A stretch of DNA of 64,000 nt from Octopus vulgaris (GCA_951406725.2 OX597830.1:38812001-38876000); one strand, 5' to 3'; counted from the stretch's first letter, positions 1 through 12,850 are shown. Program-made: numbers and translations. Notes: generated from the letters alone by a model not told the origin.

Positions 1-234
1 AGGGTGAATTAATCCTTTGTATAGATGCACAATTTCCAATGGTGTAGATGTAAATTTCCAAGGAATTTCATATTCACAGGCGATAAATTTATCAATGGTT
101 GAACACAATGAGGTAGGTATCAATTCTTGTTATATGATTAGGTATTTGCCACATTAATCACATTACTGCTATTTACAAGAGGCTGTAGCTATTTAACTTT
201 TAAAGGCTGAAGGGCTTTCTAGAGCTGTATAGAA

Positions 235-431
235 TAGAAAAGGGAAGGGAATAGAAGAAAAGAGAGAAAATAAAGGAGGAGGGAGCAAAAGGGGGGGGGG
301 ACTAAAAGAGAAGAGAAAAGGAAAAAGAGAATAAGAAGAAGAAAAAGAAAAAAGAGAAAAGAGAAAGAAATAGGGAAGGAAGGGAAAAAAGAAAAAAGAA
401 GAAAGAAGAAAGAAAAAGAAAAAAAAGAGGG
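235..431 (+). repeat. Polypurine (A/G) tract with G-run
   Basis: ~195 nt almost exclusively A/G. Confidence 0.85.
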
Positions 432-1167
432 TTCTAGTTATACAGAAGAATTAGTAGACGGCAAGTCTGGTTTTAATTTACAGGCATCTAGGAATTAGAG
501 GAGAATATTATTCTTTGACCAGTAAAACAGCTAATTTATTGCTGTTGAAATCAGCTATGAATTTAAAGAGAATCTAAAGAGATAACACAGTTAGGGGTTT
601 AGGGGTCAGATGCTAAAATCACCAGAAAATACATTAGGAAAAACTAGGTATAATCTTATCAAAAAGTCATTAAAATTTACTTATTCAATTTATTCATTTT
701 ATTGTCTTAAGGAGTTGCCGTTATTATTCATACATTGACGGACTACAGGTCAAATCTTAGAAGATCATTTAAAAGGTGTTAGGGGATTGTCTATCATAAT
801 GAAGATAATCATATTATCACCGAGGGAATAGCCTTATTTATTTAATTTTGAAATAGAATTATGGGTCTATAGTAACTCATTTTAATTAATTAGAGTTATG
901 CTAATTAAATTAGATTAAGTTAGGAATTAAAATTAAAAATTTCAATTAAGATTTAAAATTAAGAATTTAAAAATTGTGAGTTTGAAATTAAATAAAGCCT
1001 CAATTAAGCAGCGAATAAGTGCTATTCATTTCCCTGTTCTCAAGAAACTGATGCAGATATAAGGAAAAAGATAACTGTAGTTTGAGAACTCTTAGTTATC
1101 TACTTAAAGCAGTGCTATACCAGTAGAAATCAAGTTATATCTATCTATCTAGTTACGAATATTCTAA

Positions 1168-2040
1168 TCATTTAAAATATTTTAAAGTCTTCAATTTAGC
1201 GTGGACACAAACTTGACCTAGTTCGATATGGTTATTCAATAGGTTTCTATGTTTTCTATGCTTTAGAATTTCATATGTCTCCATGGAGCATAGTTGACAA
1301 CCAACCCTACTATTTTTATACGGAATTGCTCTCCTAACTATTTCCCAATTAAGGTTATAATTTTTATTATTATTTTTGAGTTCCCAGATTTTGTTTGAAA
1401 GTGTGGTGGTACCAGCTTTATGACGTAATTTAAAAGTCGAGATGTGATTTCTAACTCTGGCTAAAAAATTAATTGTACATCCAATGTAACAATATTTGTT
1501 ATTCTCCGTGGATATGGTACATTTATAGATTACATTATTTTCCCCACATAGACCAGGTGCCGGGCATTTTGATTTTATTCTACACTTACACACAGGAGGA
1601 ACACCTTCAGGCTTTGGATTATTCTTGGGTAGATGTTTTAGGTTCCTATTATTTTGATTATCATTTCTATAGTTGGTGCTGATATCTAAAGTATTGCTAT
1701 TATTTCTTGATCCTTCTGTTTCATCATTTAGATCTAAAGTCCTACCATGATTTCTTATATTATTGGTAATGTTAATATTATTGCTAGTCTTTTTATCCGA
1801 CTGCATATTGTTGTTATAGATATCACTAATATTTTCATTCTCCTTATTTTCTCTATTATCCCTATTTCTATTATTTCTATTATTAACATTATTACTTCTA
1901 TTAATATCGGCATTGCTATTATTACTATTAATGTTAATGTTATTAGTCATTCTGTGGTTACTAATTTCACCTATGTTTTGATAGTTACTATTGCTGTTTT
2001 TATTGTTGGTAGTATTATTACAATTGCTATTGGTATTCAT
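1168..2040 (-). CDS. Penelope-like element ORF fragment: Asn-rich low-complexity linker followed by C-terminal GIY-YIG endonuclease (Neptune-like)
   Basis: 290-aa ORF. CKCRIKSKCP-x3-LC Cys cluster, VIYKCTI...YIGCT (GIY-YIG), R-x2-NH, TLSNKIWELK, WEIV, CQLCSME, LLN-x3-EL-x3-CVH match the PLE endonuclease layout. No RT domain within the ORF. Confidence 0.85.
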   Translation of the reverse strand: MNTNSNCNNTTNNKNSNSNYQNIGEISNHRMTNNININSNNSNADINRSNNVNNRNNRNRDNRENKENENISDIYNNNMQSDKKTSNNINITNNIRNHGRTLDLNDETEGSRNNSNTLDISTNYRNDNQNNRNLKHLPKNNPKPEGVPPVCKCRIKSKCPAPGLCGENNVIYKCTISTENNKYCYIGCTINFLARVRNHISTFKLRHKAGTTTLSNKIWELKNNNKNYNLNWEIVRRAIPYKNSRVGCQLCSMETYEILKHRKHRNLLNNHIELGQVCVHAKLKTLKYFK

Positions 2041-2155
2041 GCTGATATTATTATTTTTATTTCTATCTTTTGAAATCTGTTTATGTTACTTAATTATCTA
2101 CATTACTTCATGAGTATAGCCTCAACCACTAGGATGTCTAGAGAACTCACATGTA

Positions 2156-2246
2156 TTTTAGCTGATGAGTACGGGACACGTTTATATGCTGTAATTTTTG
2201 CAACTTTTAATAAAACCTGTCCTTGTATGAAACGATTGTACTAAAA
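2156..2246 (+). ncRNA. Type I (minimal stem III) hammerhead ribozyme
   Basis: Stem I TTTTAG(2156-61)/CTAAAA(2241-46); core CTGATGA (2162-68); stem II GTACGGGACA/TGTCCTTGTAT; GAAAC (2229-33); GATT loop; GTA cleavage triplet (2238-40). Confidence 0.8.
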
Positions 2247-2276
2247 ACCTATCCATTCTTGTTGCTTCATTCTCGC

Positions 2277-2278
<2 letters not shown>

Positions 2279-2332
<54 letters not shown>
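2279..2332. repeat. (TA)n microsatellite
   Basis: direct observation. Confidence 0.95.
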
Positions 2333-2338
<6 letters not shown>

Positions 2339-2442
2339 TGAGGGAGATAAATTAATATTAATTTTAATATCAATTTAAAACCAGTAGTCTAGCATACAAA
2401 AAGTCTGAGAAGTCAGAGAAAATTCTAATATATAAGTGTATG

Positions 2443-2860
<418 letters not shown>

Positions 2861-3610
2861 ACAATATTGTATTTCTGAGCGAGAAGCAAACAGTGGCAGC
2901 ACAGCATCGTGAAGTATATTCGCCACGTAAATGTCGCGGTCCCACAGGCGGACAATGCTACTTTTGTTTGTAGCCCCAGGAGGACATCTCCTCCTACTGG
3001 CTAACGACACACTGTCTGTGTCTGATGTCATCTCCTGAAATCTTCAAAATAACGAATGAAATCGACAATGTACTCGGAGTGGACTAATGTTTTAGACAAG
3101 TTCAGGTTTTCAAATGTAGATCTTATAAAGTAGTTGTTTCCAAGATGGTAGTTGCAAAAGCAATTCCATAGGGAGATTTTTTCCATCAATTTCCTTTTCG
3201 GATTTATTATCTATATCTAAAGTTTTCAATGTCTATTCACGTGTGCGTATGTGTGCGCGCGCCCTTTGTTTACCCTCGTATGTATATGTATTCCCATGCA
3301 TAATTTTATTCATGTATAAGATAACCCAACAGCTGTGAAACACATACGTAAATGCAGTTGTTATTGAATTCTTACAAAAAAAGGTAAAAAAAACACTTTC
3401 CTTAGACATAGTCGCCCACGTACAGCACACACAATTATATACACGCACACATACACACACACATACATACATACCCACACATACATATATATATATGTGT
3501 ATATAATGTGTGTGTGTGTGTATATGTATATAATGTGTGTATGTGTGTGTATATGTATCTGTGTGTGTGAGCGTGAGAAATTCACATTCATATACTGCTC
3601 ATATATGACA

Positions 3611-4103
3611 CTAGCTGAATTACCCGACGTTGCCCGAGTTACTGCTGTTCTTATTCAGATTAGTAATCAATAAATATAAAGATACATTTCTTTCTCATTA
3701 TTGATTTAAAATATCTATATTTTATATTTAAAATATCCAAATTGTAATGCTAACAGAATTTCACACCTCAGGGTAAACAATATTTATAGCGTAATTTTTT
3801 TATTGGTGTCCAAAGGAATAAATTGTTGCTGCTTCCTATTCGTGAGCAAGTAACATAGAGTTGGCCGTGGGAGAGGCATGTAATAGAGAGATCAAGCCCA
3901 ACTACATTGAGGGATTGATCCTGAGATTTGTTGATTGAAAGAGCAAAACTTAGTTTGACTGGAAACTGAAGTGTCTAATATTCAAATGGAACATCTGTAG
4001 TTGTGCGAGCTATTTCTGGAATAAAAATATTTTCTCCCTTGTGACTACCTGTTATGATTGAATAGGGAACAAGCAGACAGATAGACAGACAATTTTATAT
4101 AGA
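3611..4103 (-). mobile_element. Non-autonomous Helitron
   Basis: Minus strand begins TCTATATAAAATTGTCTGTCT and ends with hairpin CTCGGGCAACGTCGGG followed by CTAG|T. Confidence 0.65.
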
Positions 4104-4139
4104 GAGCGGTGAGCATAATCTTTTTGTATACATTATGTT

Positions 4140-4450
<311 letters not shown>

Positions 4451-4643
4451 GCGTCAGTTTTCAAATTGCCAAAAGTTTCGATCACGTCATTGCTACCATA
4501 AGACTCATATCCGGTGATCCTGCGTCACAACCGCGTCTCAAGTTTTCTTGGGTTTACCTCTTTCAAAGGTTCCCTCCATAATGTGAGATCAGCATACGCA
4601 TCTATGTATGTATGTGTGCATTATTTCTGTATGAATGTTTGTC

Positions 4644-4685
<42 letters not shown>

Positions 4686-4691
<6 letters not shown>

Positions 4692-4893
4692 ATCCAAACA
4701 AGAAAGCACAAAAAAACACAACGCGAGCACGTGGAACAAATATAGTATTATTGGACGCTCAGGAAAGAAGGAAAGAAGGAGGGTTTAACGTTTCGAGCGG
4801 AGCTCTTCGTCGGAAACATAGGAGAAGGCAACATCCAGAGAAGGGAAGACAGAGGGAAAAAATCACCAACGGTATACACGAGGTCACATTTTG
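4686..4893 (-). mobile_element. Solo PLE terminal repeat (pLTR-like) with minimal hammerhead variant at 4783-4817
   Basis: Minus strand GTTT-CCGACGA-A-GAGC(TCC)GCTC-GAAACGTT-AAAC; ends in (TA)n; shares the TTCCTGAGCG...TAATAC motif with 57600-57776 and 60066-60219. Confidence 0.65.
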
Positions 4894-6298
4894 ATGGTGG
4901 GGTATGCATGTATATAAATACATATATACATTCATATATACATACATATATGCAAGCATTAATGTAAATTGTTGTTTATAACAACACAGAAGAGGTTGGA
5001 TTATGGGCAGGCTCATAATTTAAAAGAAATTGAAAATCTACTAAACAATTAGGATATCCTGTTCGAGCCAATCATGAATACAGATATCAGAGCCAAATAT
5101 ATATCGTACATTAGAAGCCTGTTATGTTAAAGAAGTTGGGCATTGGTTTATCTAATAGTAATACAACAGAGTATAACTATAGTATGGGACGTTCATAACT
5201 TAAACATCATTCATAGGGTGAATACTTTATCGGGATTGATTTTAGGTTAAATAAACGCAGGGAAATGTATTTAAACGAATGAAATCTGGTAAGTTTGAAC
5301 ACATGCTTGTGATGCAATAGATGCCGTATTTTTTCATGTTACATGCTCGTAATAGATGTAGCATCATTTTACACGTTGCTTTATATTACATACAAGCTCA
5401 TATAGCATGGAATGTCCTTTTGCATGCAATGTGGAATTCCTTTGATCCTAAATTTGATCGATCACAATTGATCTGGCGTTAAACAACAATATGCAAGGTC
5501 ATACTTTCAAATGAATATCGCTTCACCGCCGAAGAAAATGCTAATATGAGCATTGTATAATAACTTTTAAGAAGCTGGAGAAGTGGGGGAATGTAGGGAA
5601 GGAAAGATTAAATTGCGCATTATGTGTGTTTGTGGACTTTATGTAAAACTTTCGTTATTGTTAGCAATAAAGGACTGTGAACCCTGTAGATGAATATCAG
5701 TTATTAGGAGAAATTTATGATACTGATACTTGCTTTGTCCAATTACTTGACTTTTGATATTTTCCCCAGTGAGTTATGGTGTCCAATAAGGTTACTTCGC
5801 GATTCATATTGATTTGGTTTTGCGTTACAGAAATAATTTATAGTTTTAAAATTCAAAGCGAAAATATAAAGAAAACAAATCTGGCACTTTTCAAATGGAA
5901 ATCTTTCTGACATTTTATTCACATTCTGACCTCTGAAAATGAAAGTATGAAAAGATGTTTGCTAGGTTCGTTCAAGTTTTAAACTTGTGAAAAGATAAAA
6001 TTACATTAAAATCCAGTTTCCAAGGAAACTAATGGTGATCTTCGTTGGCAACAATTAGCCCACAAGAGAGCTAAGAATTTGTATGAAACACAAATTCAAA
6101 GAAATGGAATATTAGGAAATGTTTACAGCAGCTTACTACAACGACTACTACTACTACTATAATACATACATACTACTACTACCACTACTACTACTACTAC
6201 TAGTGATTATGATGAGAATGATAATGAGAATAACGATGAAGATGATGATGATGATGAAAATAAAATAAAATCATAATTTAAACTTTTACGTATAATGA

Positions 6299-6460
6299 TA
6301 AGCTGAATAGTTAGAACGCCGGGAAAAGTGCTAAGCGGCATTTCGTCAGTTCTTATATAGTGATTTCAAATTCCGCTGGTGTCGACTTTACCTTTCATCT
6401 TTTCGATGCAATCGACTTATACTTACACCAAAATTTCAGCCCTTGTGTCTGTTGCACAAA
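6299..6460 (+). mobile_element. Degenerate tRNA-derived SINE (Nin/Deu-domain family)
   Basis: Similar to 49178 family: TTCAAATTCCGC..GTCGACTTTACCTTTCATC. Confidence 0.6.
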
Positions 6461-6461
6461 A

Positions 6462-6537
<76 letters not shown>

Positions 6538-6770
6538 TAGTTTTATTTTTATAGCGTGCTTTCACTTCACTACCGAGCGCAGCTCTGTGTGCCTTAGGTA
6601 TGTGCTGTGATTTGTTGTGGTGCTCTGAAGGTTACTGCATTGAAAGTGTTTTGCGTAGGATGTGTGCAGTGCCTAGGAGTGCAATTTTCTGTATGTTACA
6701 TGTGTTTGTAAGACCTGGTGTTTTTGTTATTTATTCGTCTGGTGTTTTTGTTATGTATTTGTCTTATTAT
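6462..6770 (-). mobile_element. 3' end of R4/Dong-type LINE with (TAA)n tail
   Basis: Minus translation ITKTPGLTNTCNIQKIALLGTAHILRKTLSMQ* (R4/Dong C-terminus), short 3'UTR, then (TAA)n at 6462-6533. Confidence 0.8.
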
Positions 6771-6802
6771 TATTTATTTGTCTTCTTCTTCTTCTTCTTC
6801 TT

Positions 6803-6828
6803 ATTATTATTGTTATTATTATCATTAC

Positions 6829-6892
<64 letters not shown>

Positions 6893-6927
6893 GTTATTGA
6901 GTGAGAGAGCAGTGCATGCCATCAAAG
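6803..6927 (-). mobile_element. (TAA)n tract plus ~30-bp 3' tip of the 44000-44540 repeat family
   Basis: GAGAGAGCAGTGCATGCCATCAAAG is the reverse complement of CTTTGATGGCATGCATTGCTCTCTC at ~44510-44534 (1 mismatch). Confidence 0.7.
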
Positions 6928-7820
6928 AAAAATAGAAACACTAGAAAACCAAGTAAACAAGTAAAGTGTGTGGAAGGCGATGAATAAAGGGTTGTTACCA
7001 CACGTGGATTCATTCGGGTTTAGAAACAATCCGAACACTAAACGCTCATCTACAAGATTAGCTTTTAATTGCCGATTGGCAAAATCCTCTTCATGAATCT
7101 GGAAATGCACGCAAGCATTTTCATGGTACTTTTTCTATCAAATGATTGCTACTATTACACTTGATGTGAGACAGTGACGGCTAACAATTCCCCGAAAATT
7201 AAAAGAACCGAGTCTCTTGCTTTCGTCGAATGAATACTTTTTCACACGTTGCTTAATCCATACAATACTCAATGGAGATATTGTGTGTTATTAAATAAAA
7301 AAGATTGAAAGATAATTGAAGGTGTTAGATGCTCTTGCACTCGGTGAATGGTAAGTTGTCAACCATGTACGTCCGGTTGCCCAACTTACTTTTGTTGCCG
7401 TTACTTTCTTACATTAAATTAACATTTGAAAATCATATTTGATTTATATAATCATGTAATCATTTTGTGTAATTATAAAATCCTTTTTTAATAGCATCTA
7501 ACTACTCTACTTCTAGATTCTAGTTCGTTCCCATTTTATATTTAATGCAAGCTGAAAAATGTCTACTGTAATTATGAAGAGGCTTAAAATAAAATCAGAA
7601 TCATTTATTATTAAATAGATAAAATTATTTGGATTATAATTATCATTCATGTTATTTTCGTCGTCGTCGTCGTCATCGTTAACGCACCGGGCAAAATACT
7701 GCTTAGCAGTATTTCATCTGAGTTTGGATTTATAGGTAATTATTGTTGGAGTGCATCTGTATAGTAAATGCAAGTTCCTATTGACTGTTTTTGTGTTATT
7801 TCCTGTTATACTCTTCACAC

Positions 7821-8215
7821 TTTACTCTCTTACTTGTTTCAGTCACTTAGCTGTGGCCATGCTGGAGCAGCGCCTTTAGTCGAGCAAATAGACCCCACGA
7901 CTTATTCTTTGTAAGCCTAGTACTTATTCTTTCGGTCTCTTTTGTCGAACCGCTAAGTTGCGGGGACGTAAGCACACCAGCATCGGTTGTCAAGCGATGA
8001 TGGGAGGACAAACACAGACACACAAACACACACACACATATATACATATATACGACGGGCTTCTTTCAGTTTCCGTGTACCAGATCCACTCACAAGGCTT
8101 TGGTCAGTCCGAGGCTATAGTAGACGACACTTGCCCAAAGTGCCACGCAGTGGGAATGAACTCGGAACCATGTGGTTCGTAAGCAACCTACTTACCTCAT
8201 AGCCACTCTTACGCC
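7821..8215 (-). mobile_element. Full-length tRNA-derived SINE (family A)
   Basis: A-box-like GTGGCTATGAGGTAAG, B-box GGTTCCGAGTTCATTCCC, internal (TA)/(TG) tract, 3' GAAACAAGTAAGAGAGTAAA; matches 23930-24389. Confidence 0.85.
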
Positions 8216-8249
8216 TATAATTATTGTTCTTGTTATAATTATTTGTGTG

Positions 8250-9960
8250 ACAGTCTTCGTTCGAAAACTATCGTGCGTTTTACCCTGTGGGGGAAACATT
8301 AATTGCTAGCAAGATGCCGAAAAGTGTAACTTCGTCTGGCGAAGATTAGTCAACCGACAGGGAGACAAAAAAGATTGGAGAAATTTCGGATTCTTCTGAA
8401 ATTGAATTCCCCCCAACCATCAATTTGTACTGTTGCAAAGAGGATTATTGACTTGAAAAGCCTTCAAACAGAAGAAAATAAGCAAAAAAAGAAGGTTTGC
8501 GTCGGTGGCTGGAGGTGAAACCCGCCAGCTGTCGACAAACAAAAATGACCTGATAAATTGAAGACGGTGTTGTGAAAGTTGAACCCCCGGAAGAAATATT
8601 AATGTTAGAAAAAAGAAAAAGAATTATTTTTAAATCTTGCTGGCTAAAAGGGGAAAAAAATCGAGTGAGCGAAGAGAAAGTTGAGAAGTGCTTGAAACAC
8701 ATCTTTCAGGATCTCACATTGCTAGCCAGAGGGAAGACGTTTGGTACAATCGAAGCACGACAAACAGATATAGAAACTGCACAAATGCACTCAATTAAAT
8801 CTTTAGAAACGGAGGACGTTGATTTAATTCCGGTATATATTGGAATGGGGACGTCAAAGATACCTATGCCAAGGGTTCTGCCTCAAATCGGCGCTATGAG
8901 GTTGATGACAGCAGTCCTGGCAAAAATGGAAGATAATATAACACTCCTTCAGGCTACCGTCACAGAAAAGGCTTATCGGATCGGTCAAACGGTTCACCTC
9001 CTAATACAAACAGAACAGTCAATTTTAGAACAGTTACCGGAGAAAATAGAAATTGGGGAGGAATGACTTAACGTATTCGTCGAGGGGCGTAAGCCCGATG
9101 TTCCCAGTGTGGCCACTTGGGCCATATAAAAAACACTGTAGAGACGGCGAGGAAGAATCCGATGGTGAGGAGAGGAGAGAGAGAGAGAGAGAAACAGAAG
9201 AAAAGAAAGCAACTAACAACAAGAGAAAAATAGAAAGCTCAAATTAACAAAAACAGGTCGAAATAAGACAAAAAGAAAATGCGAAAAGAGACAAACCAAG
9301 AATAGTAAAGAAGGAAGCAAAAGACAGAAAAAATGAAGATTTAATGAGAGAAATAAAAGCGAAAAAAGCAGCCACTAGGACTGCAGAACTTTCTGATAAA
9401 TATAAGAACTACGCTTTCTACGAAATGGATAAGCCTCAATGTATTAATTAACACAGATAGAAAATCGGTGTCGATAATGAAATTGATTTTAATCAATCCA
9501 TTTGTCAAGACTTGCTAATTCCACAGGACACCCCGGTTAAATATGTAAGTAATGTCTATTCACATTGGTTGTGTAAATGTTCGTGACCTGATGTCTAGCT
9601 GGAAGCAAGGGCGCTTCCTAAATGACATGAGGTCAAGTAAATTGGATGTGATTGTTACAACGGAGGCCCGAGTAAATGGGCCAAGAGATCTGCTCCCACT
9701 CCTGAACGCCTATGAGAAATATGTTTCTCCGAGTAGGCGGGAGGTGGGGGGGAATGTTGGGCCTACTAAAAAGAAAACGGGTAGCCGAGAAAAAGTTGTG
9801 TTTTTTCTGACCCAAAAGGCAGGATGTTGGTCGTTCTTGACCTGACATTCAGTTGTGACAAGATAATCTGGCTGGTTGCAATTTATGCACCCAACGTTAT
9901 GGGCCCACAAAGTGAATATTTTCGTGACCAGGGCAAGTTCCTGGCCACGTCGCATTCTTC
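8250..9960 (+). mobile_element. Decayed L1/Tx1-type LINE 5' part (ORF1 + start of APE endonuclease)
   Basis: ORF1-like 8572-9066; ORF2 start MSIHIGCVNVRDL...LDVIVTTEAR and LVVLD...LVAIYAPN (APE motifs), frameshifted. Confidence 0.7.
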
Positions 9961-9964
9961 AGAG

Positions 9965-10680
9965 GTTTGTAGCATTTCTGTGTTATATATCGCTTTTCAC
10001 CGAGTTAATTCTGGGTAGCGATGTTTAGGCTTCCAGTCTTCTCTTTTAAGTCATCCTTGCTGAGCCACCTCTTATGATGCTTCCTGGTCACTTAGGCTTA
10101 TGTCGTTCCATGCAGAGTTTAGTTTCTTCTCTCTCGTTGGCTATTCGTGATCCGAACTAATTAGCACAGCCAAGTCCTTTTTTGGTAAGTAATGTTGCAT
10201 TAGTAGCATACTGTAGCAGGTCTTGCTCTTTTCCAAATATTTTGCCATGTTTCTTCTTTCACTTTTGATGCACTCACGTATGCTAATCAGCCGACGACTA
10301 CTTTTCACCTCTTCATGTCCAGCCTGTATACGTTCGCCTTAGGGTGGAAGACACCATGCATTGTTAACTACCGAATAGTGCGATCAATTTTGGTTAAGCT
10401 ACGCTTGTGTCCATTTCAGTATGGGTGCACTATAACGGACTGCAACCACAGCTCATTCGTTGATGGCAGTCACAAGATTCCTTGGGTTCAGTTTGCTTTT
10501 CAAGAGAAGTTTGAGGCGCTTGGAATATGCTGTGATGAGCTTATCTTTCATTTCTCTGCGCAAGATATTATCTTGCTCCAACACCCCAAGGTAACGATTA
10601 TCATTCGGGTCTTCCATTGTCTCTCCGTTTGGCAATTCTATGTCTTTACAATCGCTTCTGTTCCCCCGTTTTAAAGTGAG
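9965..10680 (-). mobile_element. R4/Dong-type LINE fragment (RT thumb region)
   Basis: RYLGVLEQDNI...YSKRLKLLLKSKLNPRNLVTAIN homologous to the 16584-17129 and 29079-29627 translations. Confidence 0.75.
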
Positions 10681-11849
10681 TTATTATTGTTGTGGTTGTT
10701 GTTGTTGTTGTTATGTTTATCAGTCTTATTGATATTGTGTGCATTTATGAATTCCGGGGCATATCAATCATATATCCAATAATTCTATATAAGTTATGAG
10801 AAAAAATTGCCCGGAACACTTCACCATGGAAATCCCTCCAAGATGGTGGGACAGATTAACACTAACAGGGCATTCGTTTCAAAAAAATGCTTTCCTCCGA
10901 TTATGATTCTTACCTCTTAAAGTTAGGAACTGCACATAATTGTCTCACAAACGGCGAACAACACTGTTCTTCATCATAGTTGTTGTTGCCGAAAAATTTC
11001 TGGAACTGAGTCATCCACCACGACACCACAAACTCCTTTTAGTTGATTGTCTGAGCGGATGAGCTTCAGAAAAGGAAACCTTTGTAGTTTCTAAATAGGA
11101 AACGTCTGTAGCCAGTGAAATGACATGATAGCTGAGGTCTTCTTTTAATAATTCCGCTTAATCAGAGCTCAGCATGGGATAAACATCACGTTATTCATCA
11201 GTGTTGAGAACAATCAGAGAATTTAATAAATAATTATATGCACAATTAAAATCGTTCTGATAAAATTTACGTATATATAAAAATAAAACATTTTGAAATC
11301 ACCTTTGCAGAACATTTGGAAAACAAAGACAAATATATCACTTTATAACTAATTACTCAAAGTAAATCTGAACAAGAGCTAATATTACACATCGCAGGTG
11401 GCTACAAAATATAGTTTATGAATTAATGAATTAACGGCATTTTATTGATAATATAACAAGTAATGAAATTGTATAAATGAATAAACATGATTTAAATTTT
11501 CTCTAAACAGAATGCGAAATTGATTATATTATAACAATGAAAACAATGTTTCTCATTTTATTTGCAGATTCAGTTATTTCGATTTCACTATCACATAGAA
11601 ATAAATTATATCAAAATATATCAAAATATTGTTTAAATTTGACTAAGCAAAACCTATTTTTTGCCTATTAAGGGCAAGGTCATTTTACGCTCTGCTCAGA
11701 ATTGTGAGTTCTTATGAAATGACATTTGGTTAGCAGCTAGTGTAAAAGTTTATCCCATGGCAGGAGTGGTTGTGTGGTAAGAAGCTTCCTTTCGGCTTCC
11801 TAGGATTCATTTGGTTTGTGGTTTTGAGCGAAACGGACGTTTTCCCTCT

Positions 11850-12600
11850 TGTGATAGAGGGACGTCGAACAAGAAGTTGTGAAGGCTTGAGTTGTTCTGT
11901 TTCGAGGATTGAAGGCTTCCCTTCCTGGAGGATTGCTTGGAAAAGATAGACAGGGCTTTAGAAAAAAGAAGCTATGCTGTGGCGACGGGAGAAAAGTGCG
12001 AATAAATAAGGTTGGAGGACGTAAGCAAGTTTAAGGGAATGCTTGGAAGGGAGGGGAATGAAGTGAAGGTGTTCGCCATCCCAAAGAAGTTTTGAAAGAA
12101 AAAGCGAGAAGAATGATAGTTTATGGAAATATTCGGTGGCAGCGGGAAAAATCTAAAATATGAAAATGATACAGATTGAAAAGGCGTTCAGACCACTTTG
12201 GCAAGGGACTTCGTACCTTGCCAGAGGTAAAAAATTTGGAACATTTGAGGTGCAGTTTGGAAAGGTAGCCGCCGCCTGGTTGCATTAGGCAACACCTCTG
12301 AAAGTGAATGAGGTTGTTCTACTACCCGTATACTTTGGGAATCGTGCTTCCAGTGGTAGGGTAGAGCAAATACCTCCGAAGGTGAATATAGCCTAGCTGG
12401 TGGCTGCTATATAACTTGGAATGGAGATGGTGGTGGTCCTATAGGCAATCAGAACACCCACTTCACAGAAATTGGAAGGAACACACCCTTAACATGGTGG
12501 TGCAAATTGTGGAGGAGGACATAGAAAAAATGGTTGAGAATATCACTGTGGGAGAGACAGTTTTAAAGGTCAGAATGGAAGTTCGAAAGACGGCGGTCCG
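11850..12600 (+). mobile_element. Second decayed L1/Tx1 ORF1 fragment
   Basis: SYLARGKKFGTFEV (~12210-12250) is similar to TLLARGKTFGTIEA in 8572-9066. Confidence 0.55.
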
Positions 12601-12850
12601 TGGTATCTTTGTACAAAACGGTTTATTTCACATTGATCCAGCCTACTCAAATCTGATGTAAATGAGTAGTACGTGTAATTGAAGGGGTCAGTCTTGTCAT
12701 ATTTTGTCACACTGGATTTCACTGAGAACTACGTTAAGAGTACGCGTGTCAGTGGAATACTCAGCCACTTCCAGGCTAATTTCACAAAAAGCCTGTTCCG
12801 TTGAACGGATAAACTAGAAATCACTTCGTTGTAATTGACTGAGTGTCAGG
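12600..12850 (+). mobile_element. Degenerate SINE-like interspersed repeat
   Basis: CTCAGCCACTT...CTGTTCCGTTGA..GGAT body resembles a recurrent cephalopod SINE; recognised by pattern only. Confidence 0.35.

Larger units (their letters stand above)
1..2278 (-). mobile_element. Penelope-like retroelement segment (runs off the window start) ending at a (TA)n tract
   Basis: GIY-YIG ORF, adjacent hammerhead ribozyme and (TA)n boundary at 2279; PLEs are known to carry HHRs and often sit in microsatellites. Confidence 0.65.

Noticed and set aside
1747-2073. Hydrophobic Ile-rich ORF resembling a membrane protein
   Set aside because: Antisense shadow of the Asn-rich (AAT) region of the PLE ORF
2928-3012. 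HDV-like ribozyme (TGTCG/CGACA P2, TCCCACA L3, GGCTAA J4/2)
   Set aside because: P3 mismatched and no P1/P1.1 could be placed in the required order
6930-7250. THAP-domain-like translation
   Set aside because: Only a CVHF..EDF-like fragment; lacks the other conserved C/P/W residues
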